Source: Candidatus Omnitrophota bacterium
GTDB taxonomy: Bacteria; Omnitrophota; Gorgyraeia; Zapsychrales; Zapsychraceae
Reading direction: 5' to 3'
DNA length: 64,000 nt
Assembly (NCBI GenBank): GCA_029261065.1
Contig: JAJDCB010000011.1
Coordinates: 47,168 to 111,167, forward strand
Part shown: piece after piece, positions 27,001 through 39,000 of the stretch
How the letters are laid out: every line of letters begins with the position of its first letter
Position numbering within the stretch: position 1 is the first letter of the stretch
Notes under the pieces: generated by a model
Told to the model about the DNA's origin: nothing
Seen by the model: the letters and a program-made list of their open reading frames with translations, nothing else
Databases searched by the model: none
Translations under genes and position numbers: made by a program

Positions 27001-30000
27001 TTGATCGGTCAGGATATAATGCGGGGTGCCATGTTTGGTCTGACGCCTTTATCGGAAATTTTTGCGACGATGTTTTCTATTTGGATGATTTTTTCAGTAC
27101 CAACTAAGGTGTTTACAGGAGCTGTGTATATTTATCTTCTTAATCTAGCCCTCATTAAGCCACTACGAGCGCCACCACGCATTTCAGAAAAATCTAAAAA
27201 AGATAATGATTCGAGTCCTAAGACCAATCGACCAAGCTCCCCCATCGAAAATAAAATTTATAAAAAGCTACCTGAACTATCTAAATATAAACCCGATAGG
27301 GAGGCTGGGGTATTCTGGGTGTGGGAAGCTAATATTCCATTAACAGATAGTCAAATAAGTTATTTTAACAGAGAGCTCAGTAAGGAAAAAAGATTTAAGC
27401 GTTCAGACTTTAAAGGTAATTATCGTATATATATAAATCCAAGACCATCAGGTATTATTCAAACCATTAAAATCATTCGAGACGTCATTAGTACTTTTGG
27501 TAGTGCGAGAACAAAGTTTAAATATATTGTTCCATCACAAAATATAATGGAAGTGGATGCGTCGCACCTAATGTACCAAGATTCATCAACATCAAAGATC
27601 GTTCTATATTTAGCGACATTACAAGATGCCCTGACTATGCTTGAAAGGCTGGCTCGGGAACCTGCATTGCAAACCATTAAATCAATGGGTTCCCTTACCA
27701 ACACATTAAGTTTTAATCACCTCATATCTGTTTCAGGGACACAAAGGGAAATATTTACTCTGAATCAGCCGTATAGCGATAACGTTCTCAATTTTGTTGA
27801 TCCGAAAACGGGACAAGGTAAGTACATCTGGACAGTTTATGCGGGATTTGAACGCACTCAAGAGTTAATTGAGCCGCTGAAGGAATTAAAGGAAAGGCTT
27901 GGAATACAAAATGATGCAAGTTCAGCAATAATAAAAAGTGACAGGCACCAATTAAGCTCACCCATGAGCGGGAATCGAAATAAAGGGGTGCCTGTTACGG
28001 ATTATTACACTTCAGCTGTGTCAACAGAACAAACTTCTGATATTGATATATGGTCTCTACAATGGAAGGGCGGGCCTAGGTCAATTTGGGGTGACGATAG
28101 TTTGAATTTAGCAAAGCTTATTACTCATGATTTAAATACTTTTTTTGAATCAATTAGGTTAAGTAATCGTCAATCATTAATTCTAGATGTAGGGACGGGA
28201 GCAGGAAAAGTTATTGAGGTGGCTTTACAGGTTTATAGACGGTTTAGAATACATGGCATTGATTATGCAGAAGTTAACCCTGATAATTATTCTCAACTAT
28301 TTCCAGCGTACTTTTACCGTATGTCCGCAGAAGCCTTAGCATTTAAGCAGAACACCTTTAGGTATTTAGTTAGTGCGTTTGCTTTGGAATATATGGACAT
28401 ACCAAAGGCTCTTCAGGAGTCTTACAGAGTCGCAGTTCCTGGAGCTGAGGTGCAATTATATCTACATCATCCTCTATCAGAAGTTGTGGAATATTCAGAG
28501 TTACTTCGAATCAGGGTTGAACGTATGCATCGCAACAATATTTTTGGACATGCAAGAAAGTATATAAATACACCTAGCACTAAAAACAAAAAGAATTTAA
28601 TTGGAGCTTATAATAAAATTGCAGGTAAGCGATTAGATGGTTCTTTAGATTATTTTAGAGCGTTGGTAGAAGGTCCATTAATGATACAGGAAACACGAGA
28701 AGATTTATTGGATGTGTTATTAATTAAAGAGAAGGGATTTAATATAGACTTGATAAGATCTAATTTAACCCTTGATGCGGCAAAGAAAATTCCATCTCAA
28801 GTCAAAGAACTAACAGAGTTACTTTCACAATCAGGATTTGTGGCAACCCGTAGAGAAGTTCTTTATATGGAAGGAAAAATATTTGGCTGGGCTGTGAATT
28901 TATATAAACCTACTTCCAGCCCAGTCAAAGAAGTAAGTCACGATGAAGTTTATGAACGAATCCTTACAGAGAGTTTCAGACATTATTCAGGTGTTTCATC
29001 TCATAGTGTGAGAAGAGCGATTGATTATTTACATACTCAGCGCGAATATCCTAAAACACAATTAATAACAATTAATCAGTTTTCAAAATCTAAACAAAAG
29101 ATGTTATTGAAGGCTATTCGTTACAGAGAACCTACCTTAATACAGAACCTAAAACATTTAAAGCCATCTTCACCTATTCATGACTTGGATAATAATATTT
29201 TAAAACGACCTCTATCTTTCTTGTTCTCAAAACTAAAATACTACAGAGCCCTCTCTATGATTAAAGGTTATAAATCCGCGTATGAACCTAATGATATTAA
29301 CAAAGCTTTACTGCACTTCTTCCCATTGTCTTACAAAATAGTTATCGCAACATCTTTGGAAGATTGGGAGCTTGTCTTAGAAAAATACAAGATAGAGGAC
29401 AGAGAGGTGGCTGGGTTTGTTGATTTAAAATTAAAAGTGTTGGCCATATATAAAGGTGGGCTAGATCAAAATAGTTATTTAACGCATGAGCTTCTTCACG
29501 TCATTCGGCTTTATGAACTTAGGCGTCGAATTCCGGATATTCGTAGTTATACACTTTTACATGCAAGTTTAAGAAATTATCCAGAGGTGTTAGAGAAGTT
29601 TATGGTGGTAATGGAAGAAATTTCGATTTCTTATTTTTCTGAAAAACCTGATTATGTATATTTGAAGTTTGAAGTTATTGAAGAGCTCCTTGTTTGGTTA
29701 ATGACAGAGATGTATTACTTTGATCAGGAAGACATGGAGTTAACAAACAAAGAACAACAGTTTTTTGTTCTGAGTGGAAAAGGAGCACGTATTCTGGCAG
29801 CAACGAAAGATTTAATTAGCCTGTTTCCCGATTCGAGTAAGGAATTATTTATTGATTATCTGTCAACGAACGGTTTTCCTCTTCCTCAAAATTCCACGTT
29901 AAAGATAAACTCTTCACCCCTTAAAACATTGACAGTATCTCAACCTGACCCTAGGTCTGTTCTACAAAATACTTCTAGTCCAATATCAAATGTTCAAAAT

Positions 30001-33000
30001 CAAAATGAAGTCAATCAAGATGATTTGAATGAAGAAATGGATTCTTTCTTTACTTTGATTTTCTCGAAATCATTTCAAAAAGTGACAATCTTTATTGTAG
30101 GTATGGGTTTAATAACAACAGGATTCTTGTGGGCATTTTATCCAACGGCAATACAGGTAGATTTGATTGCAAATTTTGTATTCTTTTTAGGAATGCTAAT
30201 CATTGCGGCTAGTTACTACTTAGGGGATATTTTTAAGAAAACTACTTCAATAACCCAGATGTTATTGTCAGGAAAGAAATTATCAGCGAATGATGCGTTG
30301 CGAGAATATCTAGATTATTCGTTTCATTTAGTACTTTATGCCGTTCCTTTTAATTTATTATATTTATTTATTTTAGATCCAACTAGAGCGCTTGTTGAGT
30401 GGACGTTCATTATTGTGATTGTTGTTAAACTTCTAACTTCCTTCTTAGATCAAAATAGGTTTTTCACTTATTCCTACAGTAAACGAATGAAAAATAGTTT
30501 AAATCAAGTTATTAAATTATTTAAAAAAGCCCTTGAAACAAAAGATTCAGATTTGCTAACAAAGGCAATTGTAATATTACAAAGAGAACGTTTAATTATA
30601 GAAAACGAAATAGAAAATATTAATAAAGGTCTTCTAAAAAACGTATTTGGTCATGCGATAGTGCATAGTGTGCGAGCCTTAATTAATCTAACAACAATCC
30701 GTGCTGTTACAGTAATTGTTACAGAAGCATATAAAAATATAAATGGGGGCAATATTAATAGTCGGGAAGCAAAAAAAATTGTAACCCTTTTAAAGGAACA
30801 TAGAAATGTATTCTATACAGAAGGTACATATAACATATCAAAGCTTAGTGAAGAGATATTTAAAAAGGAAGTTTCTGATTTGGTCGCAGAATATGAATCT
30901 TTAATTCTTAATAAACCTTCTACGCTATTAAAATTAAAGAGGCTACTACTCTGGGGTTATAAGGCAATAATTAGAACTAAAATTTTATTGGGATTGCAAA
31001 CTAGAGAAGGGAAACGCGAATTAGGAGCAAATAGAAAAGTCGTTAGTACAATTTTAAAAAATTATTTAAAGGCAAAGAGGAACTTAACAGATGAGGTTAT
31101 TAATTTTAGATCGTATGATGATCGAATAATAGACACAAATATGGAAACATTATATGAGATTTTTAATTTAATAAGTCTTGGGTATACAAAAATATCTTCT
31201 AGTGAACACGGCGATTTTGTGGATATAGAAAATAAGGCTAACGTCAGTATATTCGGGTCTACAAGTAATGATTATTTAACAGTACTTGAAGAGGGATCAA
31301 AAATTAAAGGTGTTAATTTTATACTTGCTAAACGAATCGATAATGGAGCATACAATGATCGTCGTATTCTAACAATTTCAAATGGTTTAATGCTTCATCA
31401 TAGACAGGCATCATTTATAAATTTCAAAGAACCTGTAACCGTGCATTATGTGTATCGACCTACTAAATCTATACAAGGCACAGTTGTTCCAACGCCGTCT
31501 ATTCCATATATTGATAGCCCTATTACAGGTAAATTTAATTCGCTGTCATTTATAAAGAAAAATGGATTATTTGTGCCGCATTCTTCATTGTATAGAGTTG
31601 ATGAAAGCGAAAATTCTGATATGGAATTATTTTTAGGTAGATTATATCAACAGATTTCAGAAAGTTATAGTCGGCAAATTGTAATCAAACCAGATCTTGG
31701 AGATAATGGGCGAGATGTAAATATTATTAATGAAAAAATGCTTGGGGATCATGAGGCAATTGAAATAATATCTGACATGATTAAAGAAAGAAAGGAAGCG
31801 TTTCTAATTCAAGAACGAATCATACCACCATTTATCATAAAAGATGGAGAGAAGAATAATTGGAATTTAAGGGTGTTTGTTGTGTTAGATAAAAATGATG
31901 AGCCTGTTGTAAGACGAGAGGGTGTTGTTGTTCGTTATGGTAAGTCTGGTGGAGCGATCAATATTGGTAAGGGTGCAAAAGTTTTATTATTTGATGAATT
32001 AGCCTATTGGTTAAATTTATCTTCAGAAACAATGGATAATTTATTCGATCATGTTCAAAGAGCGGCTGTTAAGACATATCTTTTATTTGATAAGTATTTT
32101 AAAGAGAACGAATCTTCGAAACCAGGACAAAGATTTGCAGATCTTTTTGGGTTAGATGACATATTTAAAGAAGGTGATGAGACTTTAGAATTGGAACCAT
32201 ATGCGATGGAAATTCAAGGTAGCGGAGGAATTGGAATGGGGGATCTTGATGAGCATATTAAGACCGATGAACTAAGAGTTTCATCAACTTCAGATAATTT
32301 GATTGGCGCATCCGTTCGTGATTTTGTTGCAACCGCAGCAAGAAGAGCCAATGTTTACAAAGCTGAATTAGAAAGTACTTCTTCTCCGATAAAAACAAAT
32401 CTGGGCGTTAGTCTTAGCGAATATACAAAAGTTAAACACCAACGTACACTGTCCCGACCTGATCCTAGGTCTTTCTTGATTGCAGATATCATAAACAAAA
32501 ATGCTTTTGTGGCAGGGCGGGAATCTAGTCCAATTGCCCTATTTAGATTCATCCAGCATTCTTTCCATCAACCACATCCGAATCATGGTCAGATAGCCGA
32601 TGCCTTTGCGATGAGCGATGATTTTAAGGCGTTGAATGTGATCTTCTTCAAGTCGCATCGAGACGAGGCGTTTTTTGGGTTTGGGGAATTTGATGTTTTT
32701 AACTTCTTTAAGAGTGCCTTCGTATTCAATCAACGAGTGCGTTTCCCAGAAACGAACTTCTTGCGCTTCCGTCCGGAATTTAGGAATACGTTTACTTTTC
32801 TTTTTCATGATCTATCTCCTCAAGTATCTTTGCCGTTCTCGTTGATCCATATCGCGAGCCGTTATAACACGGGCAAAGGTGCGTCCTCTAGGAATGACAA
32901 CCACCATCAAATAGCGGCCGCTACGAGTTTGGCCCAAAATGTAATATCGACCCCGTGGGCCTTTAAGAAGAAGAGGTTGAGTAAAACAAGCCACTTCGAC

Positions 33001-36000
33001 TTCATCCAAGGTAATTCCATGCTTGGCAATATGGGAAATATTTTGGGCATCCCAATAAAAATGCGTGAATCTCAAAGGATCTTTCCTTCCCTAAAAGTAT
33101 ATATGTATATACAAAAGATGTCAAGTTGGGCAAGGTTATTGGGTAAGATTTTGACTGTTATTAGGGTTAATGATGTTATTTGGACGAAAATGATAGGGGC
33201 AGGAAAAGGGCAGAACGATTTCACTTTCTACAGAAATAACTATATAGTAAATTTTAAAATTGTTCAAGGTCAGGATGGAAGAGATTATGGGATCAGAAAA
33301 TTTGAACAAAAAATAGAAAATTTCGTTCAAGTCTCTAACCCAATCATTGAAAGAGCCCAACAAAATGATCACCATTCGCGTGAGCTTAGTATATTTGATG
33401 GAAACTTGGATAGAGCAATCGCACAAAAATTTACGATTTATCCCAATGCTCCCAATAGCCGGATAAAATTAATTTCTTCCCACCAAGCATCCCCTGTAAA
33501 AGATAGTCGGACATCAGTTTATTTAAAGCGTTTGTTATTATCCAAATATGTAAGGAATGTATTTGCTTTTATGATGGGAATATCTTTGTATGGATTGAGG
33601 ACAAGCAGGTCCTGGTCACCGGTTACAATGATATTGGCTTTGCTGATTATTGCGGTTTCTAGAATTTCATTGTCTTTGGGATCACGGCAGATATTTATTT
33701 TGGATTTCGTTTTAACAAATGTCGCGTGGGATAGAAGAAGATGGGTGATGGTTTCAATGGTATCAGTGGAGATGAGGGACTTGAATTTCTTGCGTCTAAT
33801 AACACAACAATATTCTTCGAAGAGTGTTTCAGATAGGCATAATTCAAAAAGTGAAGCTTCAAGGGCTAGTAGAATTTTGCGGCAGGTTGAACTACCTAAT
33901 AGTCCAGAAACAATAATATTTGTGTCAACGACGACCCTCATAAAATTCCTTGCGGGCCATATCAATCTCTTTAGAGATGTCTTTTATCGAAATCTTTTTA
34001 GCCTTACGTTTGTTATCAATATCTTTAAAAATTTTGCAGAGTCGAGGTTTGAGAGTATCTTTTTCAAGTTCTCTAACCAACTTAGTTCTTTCAACTATCG
34101 AAAGTTGATTAATCGCTCTTTTGAGTTGGGCATAGTTTATTTCAATTTTAACCATATCAGCTATCTCCTTTTTGTAAGATATTCTAGATATAACACCAAT
34201 TCCTTATTAAGTCAAACTGATTCCAGGGAAAAAATGGTGTTAGAAGTCGGTATCACGTTGGTACCTATAATTTTACACATTAATTTAGTGAAGCAATCTG
34301 AATTAAAGCTTATCTTGTTGATGTCACATATGTTAGCGTCTTCTGATACCAATATCTTCTCGGTTCAATTGCGGAGTGCTTCCTCCTCAGCTAAAGGATT
34401 AATGACCTTAGGTGTCACATTATCCGATGAAAATATGGTTTATGTATATGCGTATGCGGGGCAGTGGAAACAAGTAAAAGCTATAGGAGAAAAAGCTTTG
34501 CCAGCTCTGCGTCTTTTATTAAAGGATTCAGATGATAAGTTTCGAGAGAGCGTGGAAGAAATGCTTATTAAATTTAAAGATCAAGATGAAACGACGGTGA
34601 AGCATTTTATTGATCAAGTTAGGAACGAAAAAAGTGTCAGGGCAGTGACAGCTCTTGGTACACTTGCTCATCCTATGGCTGTTGAAGTTTTGTTAGAGAT
34701 GATTGTGCCGTATATTAAGGATCATTTTTCAAGTTCATATGCTGAGGTTTTGGATAAAACAGTATTCTTTTATAGATATCATTATGGTATTCATGGAGCA
34801 AGTATTCAGGTTCTTCAGGAAATTGGGCCTAATGCGATTGAGGAATTTCTTAAGATCATTGAGAAAACACAGATCGAATGGGAAACAAAGAAAAATGTGC
34901 GACCTATCTCTCGGTTTATGATCGCTACAGCTCTTGAATATATTGGAAAGTTTGGGCTCTCGGCCAAGGATGACGTTATTATCACGAAAATTTTACCGGT
35001 TTTGGTTAAGTTTTTAAATAATGAAAGTCCTGTGGTCGCTCATACGGCTAATCAAGTTGTCCATACATTGGCTAGTAAGGCCGCGCCGATGACACAAGAG
35101 GCCAATGATCATTTGGCTCATAGATTGCAGCAAGAAAACATTGTTGGTCTTATAGGTCCAGCCAATGCGTATGATGCGTTTAGACAAGTGGAACATATCC
35201 AAGGCCAGGGCGCGCAGTTTGTTTATGCTTTTAGAATGTCTAAGCTTAGATTTGACAGTGACAAAGAAGATGTTGCTTTATTGTTGTATTCCGCGCTCGT
35301 GTTTGAGCATGATCAATTGCGATACGTTCAATTTGATCAACCCGTTCGATTACATCAAGTTTTTTATGTTAATCATGAGGGGATACAAAATGTTGATTAT
35401 AAAGTTCTCTATGCTGCTTATGAAAGCCTTGATATTGATTTAGGAAGTTTGGTCTATGAAAGACAAAAAGGATTCAAACATTTTCAAAGAGTGATTCGTT
35501 TACGACAATATCGCCAGCAATATAGGGATTCAGTTGTTCAATATGTTGTTGAGTTTCAAAACAAATTATTTGTTTATTTTATTGGAGAGTATTTTGAAAA
35601 GAGTGAAGAAAATCTTTTGAAGTATTTTGAAGAGTTAAGAGCGATGTCTATGCGCAAGGAGGATTTAGAAAGAGAATTAGAAGAATTTAGTCTTTATTCT
35701 TTAGAGAAACGTATTAGCAAGGGTAATTATGGCTCTTCACCAATAAAGAAAGAAAACACTCTAGACGCAACCCCTGGCAGGACAAATCGACAATATTCTC
35801 GCAAAACATCCAGCCCAATGGTGCGTTCATTTGGAACGATGACATATTCTGTGGATGCGAGCTTTGTGAATATTGTTCTTGAAAAGCAAGGTGATAGGAG
35901 AGAGAGTCGAATTTTTAGACCAAGATTTATGGCTTTTTCGGCTGGTAAAAATCCTCAATATGAGGAGTTTATAAATATGCCATATCAAGACGCCCAACGA

Positions 36001-39000
36001 AATGCTATTTGGAAAAAATTGGCACCGCACATTTCTCAGAGTCGTATGGTTACAGTGTTTGAAGAATTATTAAGCAACGCGTATCAATCCATTTTAGAGG
36101 CAAAGAGAGAGCCAGGAACAATTGAGGTGAGTTTTTATATGAATGATAACGATCTTGGCATAGATTTTAAAGATGATGGCGTAGGGATTGCTGATTTAGA
36201 TGTGGATCGGATGTTTAAACGTAATGAAACAACGAGAGGCTTTATGCCTCAGGATCCTAGTGGGGGGAGAAGAACTCTTACTTATGATCAAACACATAGA
36301 AGTGGAGAAGGCTTAACTCTGAGTCGACATTTTATTGAAGGAACACTAAAAGGAACGTTACATGCTTTGAATAATCCGGAAGGTCAGGGATCTATTTTTA
36401 GAATTAATTTTCCTGTGACACAATCTTCAGCGATTTTCGAAGCATTAGAAGGTAGTAAGAAACAATTAGAAGTCGATAACCTTTCATCCAGCGCTGTCAT
36501 TGAAGATCAGAATTATGATGATAGCATTCGTCGGCAAATAGAAAACCGTGATGGTTTGAATCGTTTGTTGGATAGAGGGCTTGGCATAGATGTCAAAGAT
36601 ATTGAGTTGTTGTTGGTTGTAACGGAATTTTTAGGGCTTGTTAACATGTCTTATGGGTTATTCGGTGAATATTCATCTGATAAAGCCAGGAAACACATCC
36701 TTAACGCGAATCATGAAAACCAACTGGTTATGTTAATTAGATACATGCGTCTTAAGGCTGGTTTAATAAAAGTAGATCGAGAGGCCCGGATGTTTCGCGA
36801 AAGCGATTTTAAAGATTCTATATTTATTTTTATTTTTAAATTAATAAAAACGATTAAATCCACTAACCTTAATAAAGAATATTACCGCGTAGATCATCCT
36901 ACCCACATAACTTTTGGCACAGATCAATTAGGCCTTCTCTTTAAAGATCCAAAGATAACAGAAGTCGATTTTGTTTATGACCCAGCGAGCTTCTTAGTTA
37001 TAACAGTGCACAGCCAAGTGAGCAGTCTGCCGATATTTACTAAAGGTGGATTAAGGTACAAAGTGATTCGTAAAAGGGGTGAACGCAACAGTCTTATTCT
37101 AGAAGTATTCAAGGAGGTTGTTGATCTGGCCCAAGCGCAGCGGAATAAAAATATTATTGCGGGACTTCCTTATGGAGGAGGAAAAAGCATTATTTTATTA
37201 ACGCGTGATGATGCCAACAAGACACTCGCGTTACGCAGGTGGGCTGAGATATTAGTTGATAGTGGCATGGCTGCAAAATATGTTGCAGGCCCTGATATGA
37301 ATATGGTTCCAGCAGACATGCAGATGATAGCGGATACGATACGAGTTCGTTATTTGGAACGACTTACCGAAGAATTTAATTCTGTTAAGGCATCGGGACA
37401 TTTTAATTATTTAGTGGAAGCCCAAGATTCCATTCAAGCCGTGGACAGGCTTAACAGAAAGCTTGCCCAGTTTTCATATTCAAATGATTGGACGATGCAA
37501 TTATTGCGTAGAGTGGTTGTTGATGATATTAGAAAACGACAAGATTTAACGCTTTGGAATTTTTCAGAAGAGTTAATCAATGATATTTATAAAGTCATTG
37601 GTGCCGGTGTGACAGGAGGTTTGCAGTCAGAAGGAGCGTTGGCACATACGACACTTGCTGTGACGGGTTGGGGAACATTCATTGCTATTGAAAAGTTTAG
37701 AGAGCGCTTAGATGTTGAGCCATCTACCATGAAAATTTCTGTCATGGGAGCGGGAGATGTGGGGGGATCTTTAGCTTTATTTCTTACAATGCGTGGATAT
37801 AAGGTCATAGCACTTTCAGATTATTATGGAATGGTGTACAACGCAGAAGGTTTTAAACAGAGTGAATTGCAAAGATTACAAAATTTGGATCCGTTGTTGA
37901 GAAATCTTCAGGAATTTCATCGTGCAGGGCATATTACAGGTGTTTTTATTGCAGATAAAACGTCTATCCTGGATATTCAATCAGACGTCCTAGCACCGGC
38001 GGCTGTTGGTTATGTTATTAACAAGGACACCATCCAAAGAGTAAAAGATTCGGGTATCAAAGCGGTTATTGAAGGGGCGAACAATTCCTTTATTGATTTT
38101 GAAAGGCCGTTGGCCCAAGCGCATCCGAGTATTGTCGGTCTGGTAGGAACGACGGTGAATTTCGGTGGTGTCTTTACCTCCTACATGCAGGATCTTTATA
38201 CAAGGGCCTTAACGAAAGAAGAGATGCAGGCTGTTTCTATTTTCTCGCATGGAGAAAAAGTGACCTCAACGGTGGCAAGGCGATTAATTAGAGAATTTAA
38301 TATTAGCGGCAGCAAGGCGCGATTACGGACTGTGGATGATGAAATTACTGAAATCATAGAAGATGGTGTGGTGAATGGTGATGGTCAACTAGCAACTGAA
38401 ATTTATCCCGTAGGTACAAAACTAGATGTTGTTTTTAACCGAGATATTAGGGAATACCAATTGTTTATCATCGGTCGGATGATGGGTGGTGTTAATAAAG
38501 AAACTTATATTCGTAAACTTGCTTATGAGACTTTAGAAGGAAAAATTATTTATGTTGTTCTTGAGGGAGCAAGGGTGGGTTGGTTTGAGAATAACAATCA
38601 TAGGATATTAATGTCTAAAACACATCCGTATGAATTGTTAAAGCAAATCGCGGTAAAAGTAAAAGATAAAGAGGATCATGTTTTTAATATCTCTTCGCAA
38701 GACGATTCCTGGGGTGAGGTGTTTATGCATCAGATTTCTAAGAAACTTTATGAAAATATTTACCAGTTGTCCTATATGTTAAACGCTTTTGTCTTGGCCA
38801 TCTCTGATAAAACACATACACCGAAAGATATTACAGAGGCTTTAACTGTAGTTTTAGAGAATAAGAAAAAAGAAATTTACACGGAATATCACAATTCTTA
38901 TGGTTTAAGGAATTGGCAAAGGGATATAACGGAATATGGTGATCAGTTTGGGCTCGACTTATCGTTATTGCCTAAAGAGGTGGCATTGCATATTTTATCA

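Larger units (their letters stand above)
25501..27246 (+). repeat. Direct repeats of a ~200-275 bp unit encoding hydrophobic helices plus RAPP/RGPP (copies 25501-25776, partial ~25777-25825, 26710-26916, 26971-27246) flanking a TA operon
   Basis: Near-identical DNA, e.g. ATAGGATTAGTT..GGTCAGGATAT..GCGACGATGTTTTCTATTTGGAT..CCAACTAAGGTG..ATTAAGCCA. Confidence 0.9.

Noticed and set aside
10409-28006. CRISPR array or integron attC interpretation of the GTGACAGGCACC repeat
   Set aside because: Copies are 1-13 kb apart with no regular spacers, no cas or integrase gene was seen in the window, and the ends do not match the attC RYYYAAC/GTTRRRY consensus.
33136-33426. 96 aa minus-strand ORF between the BrnT and PIN operons
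   Set aside because: No recognisable family and no clear SD; probably the in-register shadow of frame +1.
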